Positions 22,101 through 31,318 of a stretch of DNA of 64,000 nt are shown in pieces (the first letter of the stretch is position 1; each line of letters begins with the position of its first letter). Below the pieces are notes generated by a model. The model was not told where the DNA came from. It ran no database searches and worked only from the letters and a program-made list of their open reading frames with translations. A program made the position numbers and the translations under genes. This DNA is from Calditrichia bacterium (GTDB taxonomy: Bacteria; Calditrichota; Calditrichia; JAJRVZ01): contig CAWCNS010000004.1 of the NCBI GenBank assembly GCA_963796965.1, positions 864,001 to 928,000 of the forward strand. The letters run 5' to 3'.

Positions 22101-24710
22101 GAGGTTGCTGTGGTTGCAATATTGCGAGGTGAAATTAAAAATAATTCTACTATTATCGAAGGATTCACAAAAGCGATAACTCTAGTTAAAGAACTAACAG
22201 CGGGAAAGAAACAAGATTTAGAATCAATAGAAAATATTTCGTCTGAATTAAGTATTTATCGGTTGAAGGAAATTGAGTCGTCCACACCTTCTTCAACAGA
22301 GGCAGAAAAAATTGAGATCAAATCTCCCGAATTGGATGAACAGACACAAATGTTTGTCAAAGAGGGATGGGAATTGCTAGAAAAACTAAATCGTGACTTG
22401 CTAAACCTGGAGAAGAATCCAGGTAATCCCTCAATACTTGCTGATTTGAATCGGACAATTCACACCCTAAAAGGAAGTGCTCAGATACTTGATTTTAAAC
22501 AGATTGGTACCCTGGCTCATAAAGTAGAAGATCTGTTCGCCAAATCAAAGAATGGGTTGAATGAGCATGAAGTTGATGTGATTTTTAAGTCTGTCGATGT
22601 GATTCAGGATGTAATTAAATCAATAAAAAGCGGGGAGGGTGAAAAAAATGATGAGATTAATATTATAATAGAGCAGGTTGAGAACATTTTAAATGATACG
22701 GTTCCACAAAATATTGAGGACGAGACGAGTGCTTCCGCTGTGCCTCCTCTTACAAAGCCGAAATTGGTCGGGGTAGAAAATGCCGAGGATATATCAGAAA
22801 ACAGCGAACAATTTATAAAAATAACGACTGACAATCTAGACAATCTAATAAATATGGCTGCCGAGTTAGTTATCAACAAAACACAATTAAATGCCTATCT
22901 GGAAAAATTAAGGCGGATTGCTGAAACTATTGAGGACGATAAAAAAAGACTTCGCAAAACAGATCGGACAATTACGGCTTTTATGGAGAGAACCAAGGAT
23001 GAGGATAATAAATCTAAAACGCCGTTTGAAGTGGATGAAAATGTATTGAATGATCTAATGTCTGTAACAGACGACTTTAAAGACGTTGTAACTACTTTTG
23101 ACACAGTCTCGAGTAGTTTCCGCTCAATTACACGAGATTTTGAGCAAAATATTGGCCAGATTTCAAGTTTATCAAAATCTTTACATGATAACATTTTACA
23201 AGTCCGCCTTGTTCCGACCGAAATGCTCTTTAACCGTTTCCCACGTGCTGTACGTGATATGGCAAAAAAATTAAAGAAGAAGGTGAACCTGGTTGTGGAG
23301 GGAGAACAAACGGAAATGGACCGTGCCCTTATTGAATCGCTAACCGACCCGGTTATGCATCTTGTCCGCAATGCCATCGATCATGGTATAGAATTACCTT
23401 CAGAACGAAAGAAACAGGGAAAAAGTGAAGATGGTATTATTCTACTAAAAGCTAAACGGAGTAAAAACCAGATTATTATTGAAATACAGGATGATGGCCA
23501 GGGTATTGATCCTGATCTTGTGAAAAACGAGATAATTAAAAAAGGGTTGGCTGAAGAGAATGAAGTAGAGAAATTGAATACGGCAGAGATCCTCGAGTAT
23601 GTATTCCAACCCGGGTTTTCTACCCGTGAGGAAGCATCAGACGTTTCCGGTAGAGGTGTAGGACTTGATGTCGTATTTAACCAGCTTAAAAAACTTAAGG
23701 GTGATATTCGAATAAACTCGACTCAGGGAAAAGGTACTATCTTTACTGTTCGGGTGCCACTGACATTCACTATTGCGCAGGCAATAATGGTAAAAGTGGG
23801 ATCTGAGACGCTTGCCATTCCAATCTCCGCCGTTGAAGAAACCGTACAATTCCAAGATCCTGAATTGGTAGAAAAAGACGAACGTGCATTTATTACCGTG
23901 CGGGATAAACTTATTCCAGTTGCCTATCTTTCCTCATTACTAATTTTTGGATCTTCTGATAAATTGAAAGATGAAACTATAAAAACAGCTATTATTGTAC
24001 GGGAAGCCGGGGCTATGTATGCACTTATTGTAGATGGTGTAATAGGGAGAGAGGAAATAGTAATCAAATCCCTTGGCGAAGAACTTTCAAAAATTCCCTA
24101 CATCTCAGGGGGTACCGTATCTGGAGATGGTTCTGTAATACTCATTCTGGATATTCCTTCGATTACTCAAAAAATAAGATCGGATGTCGATGAACCTGAA
24201 GAAGACTTTTCTGCTATTGAAAGAGCCAGAAAGGTTATTTCACAGGGATCTAAGGACAAAAAGCCAAAAGTAGTTGCAAAAAAGAAGGAACCCATTAAAC
24301 CTGGTAAAGTATTAATAAAGAAGAAAACGCTTTCTGGAAGGGCGCCTGTTGCCTTAATAGTCGACGATTCTGTGAGTGTAAGAAAATTTGTCTCATCTGT
24401 CTTAGAAAAGAACAAATATACCACAGTTTTAGCTGAAGACGGTCCAGAAGCATTAGAAGAACTTAAAAAAGAAAAATTTGATATTATCATTACAGATCTT
24501 GAAATGCCTAAAATGCAGGGTTTTGATCTTATTGAGGAAATAAGAAAACAACGCTCATACCAGCATATTCCAATTGTTATTTTAACCGGAAGAGCGGGCA
24601 AAAAACATAAGGATCGAGGCGTTGAATTAGGTGCAAATGCTTATATTACCAAGCCATTCAAAGAAGGCGATTTATTAAACACATTAGAAAATTTTATAGA
24701 AATAACCTAA
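19164..24710 (+). CDS. Hybrid chemosensory histidine kinase, CheA/ChpA-like (multiple Hpt, HATPase, CheW, REC)
   Basis: Hpt motifs LHSMKSSA, MHSMKTAA, IHTLKGSA; HLVRNAIDHGIE, DDGQG, FQPGFST, SGRGVGLDVV; C-terminal REC (IVDDS, TDLEMP, KPF). Confidence 0.95.
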   Translation: MREIMPKIDSISFSDFYINEFFDQVREKTRSEFKEENYKLVDELFALLSSQDEITDGISKLAEEQASSELSIFLFDIYDRAQDYPPSELVDALPEIADDFVSGLTIMLEEEKEILEAIEKVVKNLRGEIGAEEDFEDVKSEQVDVGQSEIIEEELPEETQSFQEFVEIRFFEQLQTTLQIQQSEEKTKSNIAFIKLIPEQLNEFSDLGDDESFGVLVNQVSQILPWYKGETYIPSAIISNLPSMIDSIVTALHNLDSTFISNAIGEGKIIFEKTENVEQKDQEFSKEEIATEPTTIDSLLSEYFQIEANDHANRFNKVLKNLQEDTDNKKNLQELFDTFQSFKEISMIHGYVILEDFCSEIIALINLSRKENKEYNQEADGQFSRFLGILKNTDKLKDARAKTAETEELNEVLTYFQSNLFVPKGSVMDGNTQEVPDTESKKKEKLIESGNQTELTKILRSLLRDLKPRFKNSLEDGTSDLTELLPLVGKLQFATELIGNQDLSEFFVNYAKGIGYAQTKAADERESITPELLTLYNAFTRKANPEFKYELYKNRIEKLFEINSDPVPEPIPETKSEPEPESDPEPLTQMKPVSDSTSEDLSINDIDTLLHILLEIEEFNLVNFYANLEKSSSAKGKPDFDFQINHFQRLLSNLKLVNCTGLTGFPEMFLMVLRSEEISNADEMDLKSIEDCYRDILKIISQQGTTADIEDSLSILKATIFGDEEDLEESLEDLESEREEEIASDEQSGGEAIEEIEVDETADSGEEDLDEIFKQESEKYIGIIGAALQNIKDNPQDLNSYESIEKSLHSMKSSARLMGYNDVADLSGPLEKLFEKLHTAGQSLDNDQFAIIKKVVGGLESGIRHEEIDANRLIEELKQINVKDTLLNEVSSTESDTSEDEVTEEQLFADSDTEDEDLLEIFKDESSEYIAIAEKAIKSLRENLSDAEALSQLEHAMHSMKTAAKMLGFSEIGQIADSVEVAVVAILRGEIKNNSTIIEGFTKAITLVKELTAGKKQDLESIENISSELSIYRLKEIESSTPSSTEAEKIEIKSPELDEQTQMFVKEGWELLEKLNRDLLNLEKNPGNPSILADLNRTIHTLKGSAQILDFKQIGTLAHKVEDLFAKSKNGLNEHEVDVIFKSVDVIQDVIKSIKSGEGEKNDEINIIIEQVENILNDTVPQNIEDETSASAVPPLTKPKLVGVENAEDISENSEQFIKITTDNLDNLINMAAELVINKTQLNAYLEKLRRIAETIEDDKKRLRKTDRTITAFMERTKDEDNKSKTPFEVDENVLNDLMSVTDDFKDVVTTFDTVSSSFRSITRDFEQNIGQISSLSKSLHDNILQVRLVPTEMLFNRFPRAVRDMAKKLKKKVNLVVEGEQTEMDRALIESLTDPVMHLVRNAIDHGIELPSERKKQGKSEDGIILLKAKRSKNQIIIEIQDDGQGIDPDLVKNEIIKKGLAEENEVEKLNTAEILEYVFQPGFSTREEASDVSGRGVGLDVVFNQLKKLKGDIRINSTQGKGTIFTVRVPLTFTIAQAIMVKVGSETLAIPISAVEETVQFQDPELVEKDERAFITVRDKLIPVAYLSSLLIFGSSDKLKDETIKTAIIVREAGAMYALIVDGVIGREEIVIKSLGEELSKIPYISGGTVSGDGSVILILDIPSITQKIRSDVDEPEEDFSAIERARKVISQGSKDKKPKVVAKKKEPIKPGKVLIKKKTLSGRAPVALIVDDSVSVRKFVSSVLEKNKYTTVLAEDGPEALEELKKEKFDIIITDLEMPKMQGFDLIEEIRKQRSYQHIPIVILTGRAGKKHKDRGVELGANAYITKPFKEGDLLNTLENFIEIT

Positions 24711-25021
24711 TCTTTCCTATTTGCTAAAATAGGTTTTGATCGTAGAGTTTCTCTTAAAACCGCTCGCTTTATTCTTGTCACTCTTGTGATTTAATTGCTT
24801 TACATCTGGCAATTTACATCATATATTATATACCCGATTATTTTAAAAACTAAAAAAGTTCGGATTTGTTTATAAATAGGTTGTTTTATCGCAAATTTTT
24901 ATTTACTAATGCTTTACAAGGCTTTGAGTGTTTGCAGGATTTGTAAAAATAAAGTTCAGTATAAATGCGTCGATAATAAGATAAAGAAAAAGATTGGATA
25001 TATTATTGTTGAAGAATACTC

Positions 25022-26482
25022 ATGAATAAATCAAGTGCTCAAAAAAATATTTCTCTATCGATTAGTATTCTGCTATTTCTAATCTTGTGGTCAACAGTCT
25101 CTGCTCAAACCCAAAGATTTAATGGTCAGGTTATCAAGGGTAATTCTCGCTGGAGCGGAACAATTATTATAGCTGGTGATATTATTATTGAGAAGGGTAG
25201 TCGGTTGGAAATTGAACCAGGCACAAATATATTGTTTGAGGCTGGAAAAGATTTGCAAAAAAGTGGAGATGACAAAACAAGGTGTGAATTGATTGTTAAG
25301 GGCACATTGATTGCACGTGGACTTCCAGGTAAGCGAATTACCTTTTCATCAAAAGCGCCAATGCCACGAATGGGCGATTGGTACGGACTTAGATTCCTTC
25401 ATCTTAAAACCGGAAGTATAATCGAATATTGCGTTGTAGAATATGCCTATAACGGGATATCGATAAAAAACAGTACCATGCTGGTCAGCAATTGTGAGAT
25501 ACGATATAACTATCATGCTGGGATAAATTCCGAGGTCAAGGCTAAACCAACAATTAAAAATAATATTCTTTCTGATAATGGATATGCTGGAATTATTTGT
25601 GAATTAGGTGCGAAGCCTATTCTGACAGAAAATCTAATTTCTCTCAACCGGATAGGTGTTGTTGCTTATAGTCTTTCTCAGCCCAATCTGGGTTCTTTAT
25701 CAAAGGATGATAATTATAATCCAGGAAAAAATCATATATTTAAGAATGAGGAATATAACTTTTATAATCATTCTACAAAGACTATATCGGCAGAGAACAA
25801 TTCCTGGGATAATGACACACAAGGATCTATCATCGCTAAAGTATATGATAGGGATGACAACAGTAAATATGGGCCTGTTGATTTTCGACCGATTCTAAGA
25901 AAATCAAACACGCAGGGTTTGAATGGCCTCGTATTGCTTACCCAGAATCCTGCGTCAACGGATAGTAACGCTATAAATAATCCATCAACAGAAACTCTTA
26001 CAACGACAGGGGTGATGGCTGATACAATCCCTCCAAACATTTCACAAAACGCAGGCAATAATTTAGAAGAAATAGAAGGGGGAAGACTTGAGGCAAATTT
26101 GGAAGAGGCTATACCATTAATAGCCTCAAACGCACCTTCCAGCCAGATATTACCAACATCAAGAAAAGTAGCAACCCAACAAATTGATTATGATCAGATA
26201 TTTTTGGAACTCTTTTTAGATGGTGGAAAGAAAGAATATCAAGCAAAGCCTAAATTTAAGATTACCAATGTCTTGAAGAATGTTCTGGAACCAGGAGAGA
26301 TCCGTATTCGTGTCATTGTCGCCCGAAGTGGAAAAGTAGATCAGGCAACTATATTAAAAGGTCTTAACGATATTCTCGACCAGGCGATCTTAGAGACAGT
26401 TAAAAACTATCGTTACAGAGGCGGTACCGTTAATGGCCAATCTGTTAAATATACAACCAGTGAGGTATTCCGTTTCGAATAA
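25022..26482 (+). CDS. Exported right-handed beta-helix protein with C-terminal TonB-C-like domain
   Basis: Signal peptide; L.IEPGT, GDWYGL.F and GI.x/N.I repeats; C-terminal G.IRIRVIV..SGKV..ATILKGL...LDQA.LE.V..YRY..G..NG..V. Confidence 0.7.
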   Translation: MNKSSAQKNISLSISILLFLILWSTVSAQTQRFNGQVIKGNSRWSGTIIIAGDIIIEKGSRLEIEPGTNILFEAGKDLQKSGDDKTRCELIVKGTLIARGLPGKRITFSSKAPMPRMGDWYGLRFLHLKTGSIIEYCVVEYAYNGISIKNSTMLVSNCEIRYNYHAGINSEVKAKPTIKNNILSDNGYAGIICELGAKPILTENLISLNRIGVVAYSLSQPNLGSLSKDDNYNPGKNHIFKNEEYNFYNHSTKTISAENNSWDNDTQGSIIAKVYDRDDNSKYGPVDFRPILRKSNTQGLNGLVLLTQNPASTDSNAINNPSTETLTTTGVMADTIPPNISQNAGNNLEEIEGGRLEANLEEAIPLIASNAPSSQILPTSRKVATQQIDYDQIFLELFLDGGKKEYQAKPKFKITNVLKNVLEPGEIRIRVIVARSGKVDQATILKGLNDILDQAILETVKNYRYRGGTVNGQSVKYTTSEVFRFE

Positions 26483-27371
26483 ACTAATTCTAATATTCAT
26501 AGATGGCGTTGGAGTTGGAGAATTGAATCCGTCTTATAATCCCTGTTGTTTTTCAGAAACAGGGATTTTTAATTGTAAGGGATCTGATCTTCCTTTCGAT
26601 GGAATCCAGCATCCCCTTGATGCTCAATTAGGTGTCCCAGGTTATCCTCAAAGTGCAACAGGTCATACGACAATCTATACGGGAATCAATGCACCTGCAC
26701 ATATAAACAAGCATCTTTATGGTTTCCCTAATGCCGAACTAAGATCTGTGTTACAAGATAAATCTTTATTTGTGATCCTGACCAGGCGAGAATTTAAATG
26801 TAAATTTATGAATGCATTTCGCCCGGTTTTTTTTACCAGCCCTGAACTATTCAAAAACAAACATTTGTCAGCAACGACAGAGATGAATAAATATGCGGGT
26901 CTTTCTTTTGCTGATTTTTCTCAAATAATGAACAAAAGGGCACTTTACCATGATTATTCCAATAAAGAATTGATATCCAAGGGATTTGACTTACCTTCCT
27001 TTTCAGCAGACCAGGCAGCTGAAATTATTACAGGGGAAAGCCAATTATTTGATGTGGTTCTTTATGAATATTTTATGACAGATTTCGCCGGACACGCCCG
27101 GGATATGAAGCAGGCTATGAAAGAAATTCACAAAGTAGAAAATTTAGTTCTGGCGACGATAAATAAAACTAATTTTGATAATACATCTCTCATGGTTGTT
27201 AGTGATCATGGTAATATCGAAGATCTCAGAACCAAATCCCATACAAATAATCCGGCCTTTTTTGGGGTTTGGTGGGCAAAGTCCTTCAAGGGAAAATCAA
27301 CTCCAAAATCTTTGGAAGATGTTTGTCCACTGATACTATCCATGTTTCAAAAGTTTTTTCCTGATATATAG
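26460..27371 (+). CDS. Alkaline phosphatase/iPGM-superfamily metalloenzyme
   Basis: IFIDGVG, PQSATG.T.I.TG, TDFAGH, VSDHGNIED, HT.NP; in-frame GTG at 26460 chosen to reduce overlap. Confidence 0.8.
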   Translation: MRYSVSNKLILIFIDGVGVGELNPSYNPCCFSETGIFNCKGSDLPFDGIQHPLDAQLGVPGYPQSATGHTTIYTGINAPAHINKHLYGFPNAELRSVLQDKSLFVILTRREFKCKFMNAFRPVFFTSPELFKNKHLSATTEMNKYAGLSFADFSQIMNKRALYHDYSNKELISKGFDLPSFSADQAAEIITGESQLFDVVLYEYFMTDFAGHARDMKQAMKEIHKVENLVLATINKTNFDNTSLMVVSDHGNIEDLRTKSHTNNPAFFGVWWAKSFKGKSTPKSLEDVCPLILSMFQKFFPDI

Positions 27372-27558
27372 AATTATGGGATGAAAGATGATAATAAAAA
27401 AAAATCTTGAATCAATCTTAGCTTCTAAGTAAAATGAAAATCCTGAGAATAATCTAAATTCGATGATAAATTTATATGAACCTGAATATCTTGTATCTCG
27501 TCGAAATAAATTTATTGTGAGATATGTGTGTATAATAGTAACGGGACAATCTTAGCCT

Positions 27559-28224
27559 ATGAGTAAGGATCAATCTACAGAAAAAAACAAACTTTTTGTT
27601 GCTATTGCCGGCAATATTGGTGTTGGAAAAACCACCCTCACGAGATTATTGGCTCAAAAACTCAGTTGGCGTGCCTATTATGAAAAGGTTATCGATAATC
27701 CTTATCTCGCCCCATTTTACGATGATATGGAGCGTTGGAGTTTTCATCTGCAAATATTTTTTCTTTCTCATCGATTCAAATCACAAAAAGAAATAACCGA
27801 ATGGCCGGATTCCTGTATCCAGGATCGCTCAATTTATGAAGATGTTGAAATATTTGCACACACTTTGTATGAGCAAAAATTTATGTCAGAGGTTGATTAT
27901 GAAAACTATAAGATGCTCTTTTCGACCATGGTAGATTACTTACGTAAACCCAATTTAATTATATATTTGAAAGCCTCTGTTGACCATCTGGTTGAAAGAA
28001 TTCTTAGCCGTGGTCGTGATTATGAGCAGACCATAGACCGCGCTTATCTTCAGAGATTGGGGAGCGCTTACGAGCGGTGGATTGATGAAGCTGAAGAGGA
28101 AGGTTTTAAAATACTGCGAATTGATACCGAAAATAAAAATTTTGAGCAGAATGAGAAAGAATTAAATATTATTGTTGACTATATACTCGAAATGGAAAAA
28201 CAATCTTGGTTAAACGTGGATTAA
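27559..28224 (+). CDS. Deoxynucleoside kinase
   Basis: IAGNIGVGKTT P-loop, QDRSIYED, RI..RGR.YE lid. Confidence 0.93.
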   Translation: MSKDQSTEKNKLFVAIAGNIGVGKTTLTRLLAQKLSWRAYYEKVIDNPYLAPFYDDMERWSFHLQIFFLSHRFKSQKEITEWPDSCIQDRSIYEDVEIFAHTLYEQKFMSEVDYENYKMLFSTMVDYLRKPNLIIYLKASVDHLVERILSRGRDYEQTIDRAYLQRLGSAYERWIDEAEEEGFKILRIDTENKNFEQNEKELNIIVDYILEMEKQSWLNVD

Positions 28225-29448
28225 TCATCTCTTATTATTTTCCTCCAACCGGGGGGGGTGGGGTTCAACGCTGGGTAAAACTTATCAAATATCTGCAACC
28301 ATTGGGCTGGGAGTTTACGGTTATTTCAAGTGCGTTTAATGATGATGATCCGAAAGACGAAACACTGCTTAATGATATCCCAGCTGGCACAGAAATTATT
28401 CGTATCCCAACTCCAGCACCAAGTTTAAGATCTAAAATTAATTTTTTTAAAAAGAGAGGTTATTGGCAACGCTGGATAAGTGCCTTTATCAATGTGACGG
28501 ATAGCCGAGAGTCCTGGAATAATAAAGCAAAATCATATATTGTCAATGAAATAAATAAAAATAATTATGATGTGGTGATTTTGTCTTCACCACCATATTC
28601 GCTTTCGATCCTGGCCGCTGATTTAACACAAATTCTGGATATTCCTGTAATACTTGATCTCCGTGATCCATGGACAATCAACCCTTATAAAATTCATCCT
28701 ACCTGGATTCATCGTTATCTGGATAGAAAACGAGAAGAGAAATCGATTGCTGCTATTAATTTCATAGTTGCAGCTTACGAAAGTACGTTAACAGATTTTG
28801 AGATCAGAATTCCAGGGTTTAAGGAAAAGAAGTATCTGCTACTGCCAAATGGTTATGACGAAGAGGACTTTACTGATCTCCGCGAATTGAATATCCCATT
28901 GGAATATGATTTAAATATTGGCTTCTCAGGCTCATTTTATTCACACCTCAATACACCCCACCAGGCTTTTTGCCGCTATACGTCTTTTAAAAGAAGAAAA
29001 TATTAATATTTGCTTTCACCACGTTGGGTCATCTGTACAAGACCTGGAAGTATTAGCGAGAAAATATAATATTTTGAATAATATTCGGGTTTGGGGATAC
29101 AAACCTCATAAAGAATGTCTGGAGTTACTAAACGTCACAGATGTTCTTTGCATGATTCTTGATAGCAATTGGGCGAATAGTCAATATACAATCGGTGGCA
29201 AATTCTATGAATATTTGCGGTTGAGAAAACCTATATTGGCAATTGTACCCGATGAAGGTGAAGCATCAATCGTCATAAAGAATACAGATTCTGGTATTAT
29301 TGTTTCTGAGAATAAAGCCCCTGTTATCGCAAATGCGTTAAAACAATTGTTATATTCTAAAATGACGTTTTCCTGGAAAGGAATCGAAAGATTTGATCGC
29401 CTCAAACAAGCAAAATATCTGAGTAATTATTTATGGGAGAGGAATTAA
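28206..29448 (+). CDS. Glycosyltransferase family 4 (frameshift near 28960)
   Basis: ISYYFPP.GGGGVQR, SSPP, DLRDPW, PNGYD; GKFYEYL..RKPILA. Confidence 0.85.
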
Positions 29449-29490
29449 AGTAATAGTATCAAACATGAAGGTTCTGTTTTAAAAAGAATA

Positions 29491-30306
29491 ATGAATAAAA
29501 AGATAAATGAAATATTACTTACCCTTTTTGTCTACTACATAACCTTATTGCTAGGTTGGGAAATCATTACCTTTTTACGCATATATGTATCAATGGATGA
29601 TTTGATTATAACCAAGCGACTGGAAACGTATTTTGAAATTCAACCCTATTTAATTGGAATCGGACTAACTCTTGTCATCGTAATTGGTCTTTGGGGAAGA
29701 TTTTCAAAAAAGGAAAGAATAAATGATTTTGCACAGCTGAGTTTAAGATTAAAAATACTTTTTGGTTTTCTAATTTTATTAACTTTCAATCTAGTATTAT
29801 TTAAACTTGATGCTCACTTTAATGTATTGGAACTCATCATTTTTTTTGTTTCATTATGGTTACTACAAGATTTGGGCTCTCATCTTTACAAATCTGGCAA
29901 AGTGGGATGGTATCATCCTACAACCCATGGCAGCATCATCATTGCTGCCCTTCTTATTGGTATTTCGCTTATGGATATTTTTAAGATTATTAATTTACAG
30001 GAAAAGTGGGCTGTTTACTTTATTCTTATTTTGCTGCTTTTTGAATTGATAATTCTATATGCACGCTTTCAACACCTCTCAAAATACAGTCTGGAAACAA
30101 ACAGGTTAGCGCGGAATTTGATGGGAAGCCAGATTCTGTTTTTCGGTACCAGAATTATTGTGGGAATATTTATGCCGTTAATCTTTATCGTATATTCGAC
30201 ATTTTTATCTGAAAAACCGGTTGAGGGAATAGCCGCATTGATTTTGTTGGGTACTTTTCTGGATCGGTATCTTTTTATTATTACTGGTTCCGACATACAG
30301 CGATAA
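29491..30306 (+). CDS. Polytopic membrane protein, weak resemblance to DmsC/NrfD-type anchors
   Basis: About 8 hydrophobic segments; GWYHP and terminal LG.FLDRYLF. Confidence 0.5.
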   Translation: MNKKINEILLTLFVYYITLLLGWEIITFLRIYVSMDDLIITKRLETYFEIQPYLIGIGLTLVIVIGLWGRFSKKERINDFAQLSLRLKILFGFLILLTFNLVLFKLDAHFNVLELIIFFVSLWLLQDLGSHLYKSGKVGWYHPTTHGSIIIAALLIGISLMDIFKIINLQEKWAVYFILILLLFELIILYARFQHLSKYSLETNRLARNLMGSQILFFGTRIIVGIFMPLIFIVYSTFLSEKPVEGIAALILLGTFLDRYLFIITGSDIQR

Positions 30307-30427
30307 ATAATACAAAATACAAAAAAGCATAATTTGAATCGTGGAATGGAAGAAGTCCGTTGCTTTTTAATTTGCATAAATTGTTAGACTTCTTTGCGTT
30401 TTAGCGTCTCCGGGAGAGAATTACTGT

Positions 30428-30474
30428 AAAAACAAAAGGGAAGTAAGATATTCCCCAAAATATCTTGCTTCCCT
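30428..30474 (-). terminator. Rho-independent terminator for the minus-strand gene 30540..31292
   Basis: AGGGAAGTAAGATATT / AATATCTTGCTTCCCT stem; minus strand continues TTTTGTTTTT. Confidence 0.8.
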
Positions 30475-30539
30475 CATCATCCCACAAGCGTAAAACTTGT
30501 TTTTGCTCTCGTCACTCATCGGTGACTTTTTATATATTT

Positions 30540-31292
30540 CTAATATTCGAATGTAAAATTGATCGTTCTTTTATTACGTTTTTTGGGATCAGCCGGAAAA
30601 TCTCTCCACGCTTTGACCTTTTTTAATAAACAGGAAGTGAGTTGCTTGTCTCGTGTTGACGTCTTTATAATATGAACGTTTATGACATCACCTTTAGCAT
30701 TCAGGTTGAGCCGGAATGAAATTTTTCCATGATAATTTTTGGATTGACGATATTTTCGTTTAATGCAAGAGGAGAGAGCATCCTGATGACGCTGAATTGC
30801 CTCATTTACTGTCTTAGGCTTATATTTGTCTGATCCACCGTTTAATTGGGTTAGCGTAATTTCACCCGAGCGCTGGATGTTTTGATCTTTTAACATATTG
30901 GCAGAAGCATTTGTAAAAGAGATATGTCGTCTTGGATAGGCATATAAGATTTTAGAATTGCGCTCCAGAAGATCTCTTTTTTTGTATAGTTTTTGCAAAC
31001 TTGCGTCTGGGTTCGCGAAAGCAATATGGTAAATATTTAAAGAGGGTGCGCTACTGAGGATTTTGATGTTGTAATTTTTTATGAACGACAGTCTTTCCTT
31101 CTCAGTTACACTTTCCTTAAAGGCAATCATCAGCTGATTGATATAAACCTTGTCACCATTGGCAGGATCGGTGATAATTTTTTCTGATAACGAGGCATAT
31201 TGTGCCTGATCCCCGTTACCACCTTTTGCGCCAGCCAATAGAACGGCAACGGAAAAGGTCAGGATTAAAAAAGAATTAATTATGTGTTTCAT
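30540..31292 (-). CDS. Exported protein with S8-prodomain-like N-part and AgmX/PglI-type (TonB-C-like) C-terminal domain
   Basis: Reverse complement reads ATG AAA CAC ATA ... TTC GAA TAT TAG, so the track's '+' is wrong; signal peptide; C-terminal LSSC......GKISFRL.LNAKG.V..V.I...STRD..L.SC....VK.W..FP. Confidence 0.7.
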   Translation of the reverse strand: MKHIINSFLILTFSVAVLLAGAKGGNGDQAQYASLSEKIITDPANGDKVYINQLMIAFKESVTEKERLSFIKNYNIKILSSAPSLNIYHIAFANPDASLQKLYKKRDLLERNSKILYAYPRRHISFTNASANMLKDQNIQRSGEITLTQLNGGSDKYKPKTVNEAIQRHQDALSSCIKRKYRQSKNYHGKISFRLNLNAKGDVINVHIIKTSTRDKQLTSCLLKKVKAWRDFPADPKKRNKRTINFTFEY

Positions 31293-31318
31293 GATAATGT
31301 CCTAAATTTAAAGATAGA

